From positions 853,947-917,946 of the forward strand of contig JAWQFM010000017.1 of the NCBI GenBank assembly GCA_033442325.1: a DNA stretch of 64,000 bases, written 5' to 3'. Both the position numbers and the translations under genes were made by a program. Numbering within the stretch: position 1 is the first letter of the stretch; each line of letters starts with the position of its first letter. Below the pieces are notes generated by a model that was given only the letters and a program-made list of their open reading frames with translations, was not told the origin of the DNA and did not search any database. Shown here piece by piece: positions 1 to 29,264 of this stretch. This DNA is from Salpingoeca rosetta. Its lineage: Eukaryota; Protista; Choanoflagellata.

Positions 1-3529
<3,529 letters not shown>

Positions 3530-3914
3530 TGGCTGTGCTCCACTACTTCCAGGAAGGGCTGCGCGCGGGGACTTGAGAGAGGGAAGAGGGGTGCAGAAAT
3601 TGATTGGTTGTTTGTCTACACAGTACAAAAGCTGCTTCTTGGTTTTGAATGTATATCAAGGTCAACAACGCAGAGAGACAGATGGGTGTGGAGAACGTGG
3701 CACAAACGGCCGCCATGGCACGGAGTAACATAGCAACAGAGCGCACATGTGGCTGTGGCTGTGGACCATGGTTTGGGCAGTAACAAGGTGGAAGGGAGGA
3801 TGGAGAGAGGGAAAGAGCGCAATCCGTGCTTGCATGCACGCAATCACGCGTGTCGTAGATGACGTGCACCGAGTGATGGTAACGCGTGCGCATGCAGGGC
3901 AGCGAGGTGGTTGG

Positions 3915-5652
<1,738 letters not shown>

Positions 5653-6959
5653 TGTGGTGGAGGGAGTTGGATCGGGGTTTTGGGATTAGGGATTGGCAGC
5701 AGGACACGCCGTGCGAGCGAGCAAGCAAGCGCGTGGGTGACAGAGGACAGAAGGAAGATGAAGGAGAAGGAGGAGGAGAAGGAGGAAGAAGGAGGAGTGG
5801 AAGAAGAGCAATAAAACTGTGAGGTGATGAGGTGAATGCAGGGTTTGTTGTTGTTTTTGTTGTGTTTTGTGGTACTCTTGCCTCCCTGCTATTGCCTCCT
5901 TCTTCTCTCCTTTTCTCTCTGCTGTTCTTCTGTCCTTCCCCTGCTTCTTGTTTGCCACCGCCGCCATCGCTGCCGCCAGTGACGACGACGACTTGCCTCA
6001 CTGATTGAGCAACCAGCCACTCGTCACACACAAACACACACACACACACGTTTTGCGATTGTTGATGGTCATCTTCTGTTATTTTTCCACTATCACAACG
6101 CCACCCAACATCGCCAATATTCGCCACTGTTCGCTTCCTCTTGTGTTTCGTCAGCCAGGAAGGAATGTTTGCCTGGTGGCGAAAGAGCGAATGCCTGAAT
6201 GCAAAGCAAGTCCTTCTTGCAAGACAAGCAAAGCGAACAACATGAGTGCTGCTTGCTTGTTGATGACTTTGTGGTGGTCGTGTGGTTGCCACCACACATT
6301 CACACACGCGAACACATCAAATGCCCACAAAGCAGAGAGAACCATCCCATCCCACTCACTCACTCAATCCCCCTTGCTTGCATGTGTGTGTGTGTGTGTG
6401 GTTGACAGCAATTGTTGCTTCAACTTGAAACCAGCACCAATACGTGCTCGTTTTCCTGACATTCATCCGTCACCAACCAGCCAACCGTCTCGCTGGCTGA
6501 CTGTTCTTTCTGTCTCGCTTGCTGGTTGCTTGCACCTCCCTGCACACATCTACACACTGCTGCCCTTTCTTCTTCATTTCTTCATTTCATCCAACCACTC
6601 CAACCTTCAATGCAACAAAGCACCACACAGCTATCTCCGACAACGGTTTCCCCTTTCTTTCAACACGTACACACACAGTCATCAGTTACCCAGCGCGCCA
6701 AACCATCCATTCATCATCACACCACATCCCATCGATCAACGTCCACCCACCAATTCATCCACCCATCCATCCATTCATTCATTCATCGACATCGGCATTG
6801 GCATCAGCATCAGCATTGGCATTGACGCCCATACCAGCCAGCCCGTTTGCTTGCCACATTCACATTGTTGCCGTGTCGCGCACGTGTGACGGACAGACAC
6901 ATCAAGAGCTGCAAGCCAGCTGAAGCAACCACAACAGACAGCACCAACAGAACACAAAC

Positions 6960-8311
6960 ATGCGAAGCGTATGGCTGTTCACCACAACCACCGCCGTTGT
7001 CGCCAGTGTGCTGATTGCATTGCTGACAGCTCCTTCCGCCGCTGCTCGTAAGTCAAACGCACAGCATTCGGTGCGCATGTTCAGAACATGTGTTTGAGTG
7101 CGTCGTCGTGCGTCGTCGTCGTGTGATTGGCTCTGCTTCAGTCATGGTGTGCTGAAATATGATGCCGTGGTGAAACGTGAGGTAGTGAGGCGACACTGTG
7201 TCGCATATCAACAAGTCACTCACACAGACACACATTCACACACACACACACACACACACATTCACACATTCACACACACGCGCACCACGACTTGACAGGC
7301 AACTACACGTGCTTCCGGACGTGTCCGCAGGGCAATTTGAGCGCGTGCGACACGGCGCTGGACAGCCAGCACGAGAACTGGTACATTGACGCCGCGCCAA
7401 CAACCGCCTCCGTGCGCATTGCGGGCGACTGGCAGCACGTGGAGGATGATGGTGCGTCGCTGCAGGTGACCTCGTCCTCTGCGTATCTGGGCGGCTATTT
7501 CCTCGACGACAGGGACCAGGACAAGGGCGAGAAGAGCGTCACCTTCACCATGCGCGTGCCGCTGCCGGGCACCTACAAGGTCGTCCTGCTGCACCCGGCG
7601 AGCGACGTTGCTGCCAGCGCCGTGCCCGTCGGCATCACCAGCTTCCAGGCCAACGACGTCGCCGTCGGCGTGGACCGCAAGGTTGACCAGCGCACACAGT
7701 CGCACCCAGACCTGGGCGGCACGTACCTGGGCACCTTCACCAACGTCTCCACCCACATCGTCGTCGCCGTCACCACCACCAACACCCACGTTGAGACAGA
7801 CAACTTCCTCGGCAACCACGTGCTTGTGGACGGCCTTCTGCTGCAGCCCACCGAGGTCGACGTGTGCGGTCTCCTCACCACCACCACTACCACAGCAGCA
7901 TCGCAGAGCACGGGTGGTGGTGCGTCCACGGCAGGAAGAACTTCAACAGCGGAGGCGACGGCGGCGCCCGCAACAACCACGCGGCCTGGCCTGACGGCCG
8001 GTGGCAGCGCGACGTTCATTGAGTCTGACGCGTTCATCATCATCGCCTGCGCTGCGGGCTTCCTCATGGTGTGCGGGCTGATTGTGCTGGTGGTGATGTG
8101 GCGGGTCTCGCGCAACCGCAATGCCGTCGACGACAACAAGGACAAGGACGGCGACAAGAAGGCGCAGGGGGAGGGCGCGGTGGTGGAGGTGGACGGAGAG
8201 CAGACGGGCGTCGTGCGCGCCGTCTCTGTTGCCATCATCGATGATGAGTTCCTGGACCAGGGCGCCATCTGGGAGTGGGATCGCGTCGACTGCAAGGACT
8301 CAAAGGCGTGA
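6960..8311 (+). CDS. Type I membrane protein: signal peptide, golvesin/xanthan-lyase CBD-like beta domain, Thr-rich stalk, TM helix, short acidic tail
   Basis: Exon 1 MRSVWLFTTTTAVVASVLIALLTAPSAAA with donor gtaagt at 7048; acceptor at ~7298; domain motifs YLGGYFLDD..DKGEKSVTF..P.PGTYKV, VDQR, LGTF, VLVDGL; TM FIIIACAAGFLMVCGLIVLVVMW. Confidence 0.75.
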
Positions 8312-9258
8312 TGTCGCCGCAGGGGTTTGAGTTGGGGAGACGAAAGACGGGAGTGTTCACTGGGTGGATTTTGGTGGTGGTGGTAGTGGTGGTGGTGGTG
8401 GTGATGGTTATGGGTGTTGGGTGGTTGTTGATGGTAGTGCGTGACAGTGGGTGATACTTGCTGTTCTGCTTTGATTTGATTTTTAATTGACCCTGTCTGT
8501 ACATCACATTACATTACATGACATGCATGCACGTGTCGTACTTCTGCTTCTGTTAGTCTGTAGATGCGGTACATTCATCAGAGAACGCGTGTTGCTGTTT
8601 TATTTCAGGTGTGATGCATGTCTTCTTTCTCCGATAGATCTTGTTCCCGCAGCACCATGGCGTTGCGTGTGTATGCGGTGGATGGCACTGAATGAACGAA
8701 ACACACACAAGCAAGCGAAAGCAAGCCAAGCAAAAGTCGAAACACCAAAGCGAAGCCTGCACTGTCTCAATTGAGATGGCTTGGGCTTTTCATTGTCGCT
8801 TGAGTTGTCTGGCCTGCTTCTCTCCCCATGGTGGTTGCCACCTCGTTTCTGTGAACACATCCACCTCTTCGTCCCTTGGCATCGTGTCACTCTTCGTGTT
8901 GAAGCAGCAGTGGTGTTCATTTGGTCGTTCACGTCAGCAAGGGAACCAGTTCAGAGTCGATCAAACAAACAAACAACCCAACGCCATGAGGCGAGCAAGC
9001 GAGCATGCACATGCGCATTATGCCACACAGACAATCGGTGAGTAGTGCCACGAACAACTCTACCACATGTACAGCCAGCCACAACGACACAAACCCAGCA
9101 CTACCAATGTACAGCCACAGGCATCATTTCAGTGGACACAACTCAAGTACACGCGTGTACACATGAACACACAAACATACACAAACATACACAAACACCC
9201 CCAACACGTACACATACACACATGCGCACACAGATACGCACACACGCACACGCGCACA

Positions 9259-10194
9259 TCACACGTCGACGTCTTCGTCTGCCTCTGTCGGCTCAAGCTG
9301 GAACACCTGCTCTGCGCGCGGGCGGCTGTGCTCTTTCTTGCGGCGGCCACGAAGCGACAACTTGCGTTCAAGCTCTGCCATTGTCGGGCCATCGTCGCCA
9401 TCGTCACCCTCGTCATCTGCATCGCGCGATGACGTGATGTCGTCATTGTGGCGCCTGCTCCGGGATGATGGCGCTGTGGACTGCGAGCCCTCCTGAGGTT
9501 GTGTGGCGGTGCCGGTGGCGGCATTGCGTGCTTGCTGCTCTTCTGCGCCTTCGTCAGAGCCATGGTGGTGATGATGATGGTGGTGGTGATGGTGGTGATG
9601 CTCCTTGCTGCCATCATCATCCTCGTTGCCCTCGTGGCAATGGTGGTGGTGGTGGTGGTGGTGGTGGTGGTGGTGTTCCTCACCATTATTGTCACCATCA
9701 TCATCATCACCTTTGCTCCCGCCTTCCACAACATGGACTTCCCTGCCTGCCTCGTGTGGTGGCTGCTCTGGCTGCTGTGCGGAGGTGTTGGCTGGGGCAG
9801 CCTCTTCTGTCCGCTTCGACCTGCTCCTTGACTTGTCCTTCTTCTCCTTCTTCGTGCTGCGGTCTGTCTTCTTCTTCTTCTTCCTCTCGGCAGCAGCAGC
9901 GTCCCCGTCCTTCGCTGACACATCCCTCCTGATTTCACTGGCGCTCTCTTCCTTCGGCGCCTTTGACGGTGTTGCCACTGCACCACCATCACCAGCACCG
10001 TCACCGCCATCGTCAATGCCCGAGAACAGGTCGTCAATCAGGCCCGTCACCTCCTGCAGCCGCTCCGCGCCCTCAAAGCACAGCACCAGCACAGAGATGT
10101 TGTCCGTGCTGTCAAGGAAAGGTGTCATGGATGTGTGTGTGTGTGTGTGTGTGGTGGTGGGGGGGGCACGGGATGAGTGCGCGCGTGCGTGTGC

Positions 10195-10225
<31 letters not shown>

Positions 10226-10684
10226 TGTATGTGTGTGTGTGTGTGTGTGCGTGTGTGCGTGTGTGCGTGTGTGCGTGCGTGTGTGTGTGTGTGTGTGTGT
10301 ATGCGTGTGTGTGTGTGTGTTCGTGTTTGTGTTTGTGTGTGTGTGTGTGTGTGTGTTTATGTTTGTGTGTGTGTGTGTGTGTGCGTGTATGTGTGTGTGC
10401 GTGCGTGCAGGATACAGTAAATGTGCGTTGTGTGTATGTGGTGTGGAGGATCTGTGCCTTCGCCAGCACAGTCATCAATCACCCAATGCCAGTGCACGAC
10501 ACGTGCTCACCTCTTGCGGTACAGCGCGTCCTTGGCGACAACGCCCGCAACAGCAGATAGCGAGCGCTCGCCTGCATACATATGCGCACGTGTAGGGTAA
10601 GGGGTGAACGGCATGGTGTCATAACACAGGACAAGACAGCAGCCTTCGCAAACAACCCACTGCACAAGTACAACCCACTGCACA

Positions 10685-10765
<81 letters not shown>

Positions 10766-11407
10766 CCCAAACACGAGCAAGGGGCAACGCAAGCGTCATT
10801 CCGGTTGCCCTGAAAGGCATGCACGTACGGAGGAGGGCCTCGCGAACGAGGTTGATAACGGTCTTGGATCGCAGAACATCAAACACGCCATCGCAGGCGA
10901 GCGTGATAAACTCGTCGTACTTGTCCCGGCGCAGAATCGTCACGTCCTGGCACAGGATGGAGGGCGGAAGAGGCCACGGTGAGAGTTGGTGAAGGCGGAG
11001 GATGGAGCATGAGGTGGACGGTGAGAAGGGATCAGGGAGGGAAGCATGGGCGCACAGTGGCCCGCATACTGACACGTCCACACACGCACACACACAAACA
11101 CACACACGCACACACACGCGCGCGCACATATACACACACACACACATACTACAAGTAGCACACGAAAGCAACCCATGGCCCAACCGGGATGCACGTGACG
11201 AGGTGTTCCTTGGGCAACTCCTCCGGGTCCTTGAACATGAAATCGCCAAACGCGCGGGAAACGCCCAGGACGGCACACACGCGATCGCCGGCGACAAATC
11301 CGCCGCCAGCCTCAATGCGCTGTCGCTCCGGTATCTCAGACGGTTTGTGGTCGTGCGTTTCAAACGCAAGATGCTGGCCCCGCGCTGCATAGGCAGGCGC
11401 GTTGTGT

Positions 11408-11463
<56 letters not shown>

Positions 11464-11482
11464 TGTGTGTGTGTGTGTGTGC

Positions 11483-11518
<36 letters not shown>

Positions 11519-11761
11519 GCACAGCGAGCAACAGAGCAAGCAACAAAGCAAGCAACAAGAATGGCAGCCTTCAGAGACGCACACACGTATGTACAGAGGT
11601 ACATGGAAGCACACGGTGCGTGGCGTGTACCGAGGAGGGTTCTGCTGTCGCCAAGGTTGACGATGGCCATGTGGTGCGGCAACACAATCACACCCGTTGC
11701 CGTCGTTCCAGACTCCTCGGGGTGCATCTGAAACACGTGGCGTTCATGCATACACACACAC

Positions 11762-11834
<73 letters not shown>

Positions 11835-12178
11835 CGTACGTGTGGTTGTGAACGAGAATGCAAGAACAAGATCAGTGCAAATGAGTTGCACGCAGCGAAC
11901 ATACAAACAGTCTCTCCCACGTTAACGCGCGCGCACACACACACACACACACAACACAACGCAGCAAGAAGGTGTGGTCGCAGTTGTGTGCATGTATTCT
12001 CACCGAGCCTTCCGTCCACCCCAGATCTTCACGCAGTAGTTCATCTGTCACATGTGCGCAGAGGGAAGAAGAGGCGACAACTCGGCGTCAGCAACGCTGT
12101 AAGTGCTTCGTGCACCCCATGCACACACAAACAAATGGCAAATAAAACAACACACACGCACGCAAACCCAGACAGACA

Positions 12179-12211
<33 letters not shown>

Positions 12212-13220
12212 ACAGGCAGGCAGGCAAACAGATAAACGGACAGACAGACAAACACACACAGAGACACACAAGCACATGCCAGAGCACACCCACCGGTCTG
12301 GATGAATGCGTCCACGATGGCGGCGCGGAGGCGATCGGGAAACTCCGGCGTGTCTTCGCTGTCAGGCGACATCTTGTCCAAGCGCTTGCGGAGTTCGCGG
12401 GGCAAGTACCTTCAGCGTCAATGGTGGCGATGCGGGCAATGGAAGCGGTGGTATTAGGTGGCGTTGGCGTTGTTGTTGACGGTTTTGTTGGTGAGCGATG
12501 ATGGTGTTGAGAACAAGTATGTGTGTGTGTGTGTGCGTGTGTGTGCGAGACGGGCAAGTGCCCCATTTCCGACGATAACACTTACGTTTTCACAATTTGT
12601 GCGGCGGCCTCAGATCCGTGGCCGTCAAACACGAAGAAGGCGCCTGTTTCCTTATCGCCGTGGAAGATGCCAAACTGGGACGGAGGGGAGAGGGAGTGTG
12701 TGTGTGTGTGTATGAGTGAGGGAGTGAGGGAGAGACAGTGTATGTGTGAGACAGAGACAGACAGACAGACAGACAGACAGACGGAAGTTGGAGAACCTCT
12801 GTTGAGCTCTGCACAGCGCACAACTGGGATAGCGCGCGCACACACACACACGCACACACACATGGCACAGCCCCTTCCCTCTTCTTCTGCTCCCCTCACT
12901 TTCTTCCGCTTGCTTGCTTACCTCACACATGTCTTGATCTTCCATCGTGGCGCGGTATCCCTGAATGGCATATGTGCCACACCTGTCATGCATCCATGCA
13001 CACATATCAGACACGATCGGACGAACCTACGGCACAGAGTTCACAGCAGCACATGCCGTGGGCACACCACGATACATAACACAGCACACAGCACAACACA
13101 CACACACACACACACAGCACAGTGCACGGCTCACGAGAGCTTCTGGGATGGCGAGGCTGCCTCTGATTTCGCAGGCTTCTTTACAGGCCGCCGAAGCAGC
13201 TGAGAGCCTTGCTGACCCAT
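9259..13220 (-). CDS. PPM/PP2C-family Ser/Thr protein phosphatase with a long acidic, His-rich and Lys-rich C-terminal tail
   Basis: Motifs across exons: [50 protein letters not shown]; probable start MGQQGS at 13220. Confidence 0.88.
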
Positions 13221-13702
13221 AACAGCGTGAAATCCAGATCGCAACAAAGGTATGGGGAAGAAAAAAAAAAACCAAACCGATCGGAGAATCTAAAGCGACC
13301 CCTCAACCGCCACAAGCAACTTGGGTTCCACCACCCACACGCTCGCACGCTCGCGGGTGGTTTCCTGCCACACACGCTCACACACGCTCACACGCGCTCA
13401 CACTCTCTCCCTCTTATCGCCCTCGCTCCCTCAGGTCGGGCCTGCACAATCGGGGTGAGCTGCAACGTTCTTGGATGCGGTGCAGGTTGCTTGCGTTTGT
13501 TTGCGTGTGATGGGCTTGCAGAGGATCAATTGAAGATATGGCAATTCGTCACGACTCCCACAGCCACAAACGCAAACAAAGGAAGGAAGGACGTGCAAAA
13601 GGCGCACTGCTGTGCACTTGAGCTCCACTTGCGTTGTTATCGCTTGCCAGCCTCTCTCCCCCGCTTGACTATTGCTTCCCAATACGCCCACGTTCGCCCG
13701 AG

Positions 13703-19435
<5,733 letters not shown>

Positions 19436-19750
19436 CGCACAGAGACGAGAGAGAGGTGGGGGGGGGGACTGAGTGCGGTGTGTGGTGTATGTTGTGGTTT
19501 GAATGAGTGGACGAGTGAATGTAAACGGGCAGAATGTTGCATGTTGTGTAGTATGTTGTAAATCCTGTTTCTTCGCCTCTCCTTCGTTTTGATCACCAAC
19601 TGATGACGAGCCGGTTGTGCGGTTGTATTGTGTATGTTGCGACTGCATTGAACGTTGAGACCACAATGAACGAACGCAACAACTGAATCCACTGTGCAGA
19701 TGCACACACATGCACACATACACACATACACACATACACACGCAATGAGA

Positions 19751-20409
19751 TCAAAGCCCTTCCAGAAGCGCAAATGGGTTGGCGGGGCCAGAGGCTTCTC
19801 CTTCTTCTTCCTCCTCACTCTCCTCTTCCTCCTCCTCACTCTCCTCCTTGGTCTTCTTCTTCTGCTGTTGCTGCTGTTTCTTGTTCTTCTTCCCTCCACG
19901 CTGCTTCCCCTTGCCACGCGCTGCCACCACCTGCTCCTCCTCCTCCTCTTCGCCTTCGTCTTCGTCTTCCTCGTCGTCATCGGAGAGCTTGAGCAACTCC
20001 AGCTGCTGCTTCGCTTTGTTCCTCTTGTCCCTCTTCTTCTTCTCCTTGCGCTTCTTGTTCTTCCGTGCTGCTGCATCCATCGCTGTCTCCTGCGCCACAT
20101 CACCACCATCACCATCGCCATCATCATCGTCATCGGCATCACCACTAGCGCGGCTGACGTGTGCGAGCGAGGGTGGGGCCTGTGGCATGCGCTTCACCTT
20201 GATCTTGCCGCCACCGAGCGGGGCAAACTTGGGCTTGACGCTGTCCTCCCACGCTGTCGTGTCGACATGTGTGTCACCTTTTCCTTCGCCCTCGTGATGC
20301 TCGCGGTGTGGCGCGTCGCCGTACTTGGCAAAGTAGCCCGGCGGCTTCAGCGACACCACAATGCGGCCCTCAACTGTGTGTGCATGTGTGTGTGCACGTG
20401 AGTGAGTGA

Positions 20410-20475
<66 letters not shown>

Positions 20476-21329
20476 ATGTGAGTGTGTGAATGGCGAAGCA
20501 ACGGAATACGTTGGATGGTTCACGGCTGCACACACATACACATGATACAAATACAGCCAAACAAACAAACAAACAAACAAACAAACAAACAAACAAACAA
20601 ACAAACAAACAAACAAATAAACAAACAAACAAACAAACAAACAAACAAACAAACAAACACGCTCATACACGCGCACACACATGCACGTTTGGAACCATGG
20701 AATGTTCGAGCAAACACACGGGACACGAACCGCAGTGGCGGAGGAGGTTGTTTGCGGCCCTGTAGGCGTCTGGGCGCGCCACGCGCTTGGTGATAAAGCC
20801 GCGCGCAACGGCCCATGCTTCACAGATGCTCCACGCAGACCACGGCTCGTCGTCATCAGGGTCATGCTTGAGGTGCAGAAGCTTCACAAGGTCCACGCGC
20901 TCCGCCAGAAACAGCACGGGCGTGAAGGGCTCGCGAACCTGCGCCACAGGGTACAGGCCAGACACAACCTGCAGTGGCTTTGCCATGAGGGATGGGAAGA
21001 TGAGGCCTGGGCAGTCGCACAGCCGGATGTTGGGCGTGAGAAAGTACGTCTGCAGGTACTTGGTGTGGCCGGGGGTCCAACTCGTCGACACCACCGTCTT
21101 GCCCACAATGCTGTTGAGGATGGTCGACTTGCCCACGTTGGGCTGCCCCACCATGCCAATCGTGACAAAGTCCTGGTCGCGCTGCTTCTCTGCTGCGCCC
21201 TCAGCCCACCGGTCCTCGGACAGGAACTTGCCCGAATGGCGTGCACCATCGTCGTCGCCATCACCGCCGTCGCGTTGCGTCCGCGTTGTTCTGCCCGAGC
21301 CACCAACACTCTTCTCACCACGACCACCC

Positions 21330-21402
<73 letters not shown>

Positions 21403-21949
21403 CCTCATCGTCGTCATCGTCCACGTCCAACCAGCGGCCCCCGCCCCTCCGTTGCTCCAACCGTGTCTCCTCCTCCTTCAGCCGCGCGTCCACGTTCCTG
21501 CGCCACTCGTCAAGGCCAGGCAGCTTCAGGTCCTCCCAGATCTGCAGAAGCTGCTGCATGCCACTCGCAATGCGAAGCTTCCGCCGATGCTTCTTGCGGC
21601 TCGCCGGGTTGCTGGTGCGATGGAGGGGGGGGGGGGAGGGGGTGGGGATGTGTATGGTGGGGTGTGAGTTGGAGGGTGGGGTGTGTTGAAGTGTGTACAC
21701 ACATGGTGAGGGGGGAGGGGCAAGTGTTAATGTGTGTTGGTGCACACGGTTTCTGTTCACATAAGCTTGTTCCACTCAACACCCCATACAAGCAGCTATG
21801 CCACACCCACATCGCGTGTGCTCACCCTTCGTTCTTGGACTTGAACGAGGCGAATGTGGCAATGTGCACCTCCGGGTAGCGCGTCTTGAAGTATTCGCGC
21901 CACGCCGTCGTCGTGGGCTCGCCAACCAAATCACACTGTGTGTGTGTGT

Positions 21950-22004
<55 letters not shown>

Positions 22005-22662
22005 TGATTGTATGTGTGTGTGTGTGTGAGTGAGTGAGAGAGAGTGTGTGTGAGTGAGTGTGTATGTGTGTGAGTGTGTGTGAGTGTGTGGGAGTGTGTG
22101 GGAGTGTGTGAGTGATTGTGTGTGTGTGAGTGTGGGAGTGAGTGAGTGAGAGAGTGTGAGGTTGTTAGCACGGGTGACCTCGCGAAAGCAAACGCGATCG
22201 CACGTGTGCTCTTGCTTTGGCATTCCCAAGCGCCCGCATCTCGCATCTCCATCTCGCACACGGTGGTGAACAGACAGAGCAATGCATTCCTCACCTTGTT
22301 GAGGATGAGGACAATGTGCTTGCCCATCTCTTTCACCACAAAGTCAAACAGCGCCGGCGGAAAGTGCAGGGGCTGCGACGAGGTGACAGTACGCAAGCGT
22401 GAAGACGCGCGGCCGTTGTATGTGAGGGACTTGGCCTGGGATTGGGACATGCAGTACACACTACGTTGCAGTGGTTCGCTGCAGTGGTACAATCTAGAAA
22501 CACACGCACAACCAAATCACGCGAACACACACAAAGAAAACACGCTCACGCACTCGCGTACTCGCGCGCACACGCACCCACCGCGTATCTGATGTCCACG
22601 ACGAGAAAGACAATGTCGGAGATTTCGAGAACGCGCCAGAGCTGCCGCCACGTCTGTCAGAC

Positions 22663-22745
<83 letters not shown>

Positions 22746-24275
22746 GAGGAAGTGTGACCACTGGCGTGCACGAAACAACTGCCCAAAACATGGCGCGCAA
22801 GGCAGGCGGTACATGGGGGACGCATCAGCAACGCACCTCCAAGTTGAGCTCAAAGTACGACAACTCCTGGTCGGCAAACTCCTCCTTGATCTGTACGCGT
22901 GAAGAGTAGGGATACGTGACTCACGATGAACATTCTGCCGCTCCCACGTGGCAGCAGAGCAAGCGCGATATGTGTATGTGCACATGTATGTATGTGTGTG
23001 GGGCGGGGTGTGTGTGCGTGTGTATGCGCGCGCGCGTGTGCGTGTGTGTGTGTGGTGTTTTGAAAGACGTGGGCTGTAGGGGAAACTTGAGCTAGAATCG
23101 TGAACTGGGCAGCTGTCACATACCCGCTGGAGGTACTTGCGAAACGCTTCTTCCTCCTGCGCAAGGACCTTGGCCTAAACACCGGCAAATGCACGCACAC
23201 AGACACACTCGCACACACGTGAGTGAGTGGGGGTATTGGGTGATGCATGCATGCTGACAGCAAGCATGGACGTAGCGGTGACACACTCAATGCGTGCGTG
23301 GGTGCACAAGCAGCGAGCAAAAAACACCACGTGGCTCACCTTGGACATGTTGTAGTTCCATGCCGGGCGCTTTGGCATGTCGAGCGCTGACCCGGGGCGG
23401 TAGAAGGTGTCCACGTCCATCTCCAGGCCTTCCTCCTAAGATTGGCAAGGATGGCGCGAACAAACGTGGTGGGCAAGGTGAACTTGACGAGATGCGACTT
23501 GACTGCAACGGCAACTCACACCAATGTCATGGCTTGAAATAGAAGACGCAAGCACCAGACACAAACACCGGAACAGACACACACAGAAACACCGGCACAG
23601 ACACAAACACAGGCACAGACACAAACACAGGCACACATTCACGCACACACACACGCACACGCACACACACGCACACACACGTACACGTACACACACACAT
23701 GCACACGCACACACCTTTGGCAGCATCTTCAAGGGCTGGCGAGAGAGGCGCTTGCGGCGTTCCAGCTCCTCGCGTGACTCTTTGGCAAAGCGAAGCGCAA
23801 ACCTGTCGGCCACATAAAGTAACACGCAAGCATGAGCAGCATGTCACGGTCATGCAACTCTCTCATAAACTGGTAGCGACCACGCGACAGCATTCTCAGT
23901 GCAAGTTGTTCACTCACCGTTTGGTGTCTTGCTGTGGGTCCATGTTGACTTCATGGTTGGCTTTGATGATGGCGTCAATGTCAATCTCCAGGGCGCCCGT
24001 CTTTTCCTCGCCCTAAGCATGGATGGTGTGATACAGATTTGACAAGGAAGGCAGTGAAGGATGATGAGAAACGGTCACAAAGGGCGATGAGAAAGGGGTG
24101 ATGAGAAGGGAAGTGAAAGAGTGATGAGAAGGAGAAGCGATAGGACACGATAACAGACGAATGAAGTGACTGTAAGCATGCACCTGCACACGCACGCAAA
24201 GTGTACCTTTTCGAGTTGTCGTGTCTGTCGGTCCTCGCCTTCCTCCTCATTCAGCCTGCGCTCTGCCAGTGTGAA

Positions 24276-24307
<32 letters not shown>

Positions 24308-24587
24308 TGCAGCCACAACCATTTCCCCACAGCAATCACAACGTCAGCGTCCACGTCGTGTGCGGGGCTTGCGTGAGCTGCAACACAGATACACACAAAC
24401 ACACAAACACACACACGCAAACACACGCAGAACACATACATACATACACAGACAGACACACACACACACACACATACACGCACACATACACACACGCCGT
24501 TGCCTTACCTTGCCGCGCCTGCCTGCGTTCCCGGCGCGCCTTGAGCTGCGCCTTCTTCTGCTTCGCACTGAACGGCTTCTTCCCCAT
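19751..24587 (-). CDS. GNL1: Guanine nucleotide-binding protein-like 1 (circularly permuted YlqF/YawG-family GTPase)
   Basis: N-terminus [15 protein letters not shown]; [10 protein letters not shown]; ILNK (G4) lies upstream of [11 protein letters not shown] (G1); TPGHTKY (G2); [11 protein letters not shown] (G3); acidic tail ending NPFALLEGL. Confidence 0.92.
20558..20657 (+). repeat. (AAAC)n intronic microsatellite in GNL1
   Basis: Seen directly. Confidence 0.9.
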
Positions 24588-25022
24588 ATCCGCTGCTGTC
24601 GCTCACTTGTCTTGTTGGCTTCTTGCGTCTTGTGTGTCAGCGAAAATGCGAGGAACCCCTTAATTCAGTCTGTACTGATTTCAGTCCCTTGCTCGTGTTG
24701 CTGTCTGTCTTGCTTGCTTTTTTGCTTGTTTACTGGACGTTTGTGCCACATCTCAGCGAATGGAAGAACAATTATTTGAGGGCAAGTGAGAACAAGAGCA
24801 AGTAACACACGGCGCAAGGCTGTCGCCTTGTTGCTCTGCGTGATTGGTGATGTGATAACAAAAACCTAAGCCTTGCTTGGAAGTGTAAAACGAACGAGAG
24901 AGCAAAATGGCAATGCAGGTTGCAACGACCAACGAACCGAGGAACAATACAAGGACCAGAACAACTAGCTGCATGTGGGAAGACTCTTAAGACTGCAACA
25001 GCGTGCCCAACAGTCGAGCCAT

Positions 25023-29015
<3,993 letters not shown>

Positions 29016-29264
29016 GCTGCCCTTCTTGCCCTTCTTGCCCTTGGCTCCTCCACATTCGACTTGTCTGCGTTGCCCCATTTCCCAAACACGCTGAACAAAA
29101 AATAATTGCACAAAATAATCGCAGGCAAAACGGAAAAAAAAAAGGCACGCACGAGGAGCGACTTGCTTGAAGGCAGAAGCACACACGAAAGCACACGGGC
29201 TTTTGTGTCCTGCGGACAGAAGGACAGAAGGACAGAAGGAGGAGACACGGAAGCATTTGTGAGG
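29016..29264. promoter_or_regulatory. Putative bidirectional promoter / 5' UTRs shared by receptor paralogs A and B
   Basis: Divergent ATGs about 250 bp apart with A/T-rich tracts between them; position-based inference only. Confidence 0.5.

Noticed and set aside
6005-6889. 294-aa ORF between two divergent genes
   Set aside because: Non-ATG start, no recognisable motif and non-coding composition; probably promoter/UTR sequence
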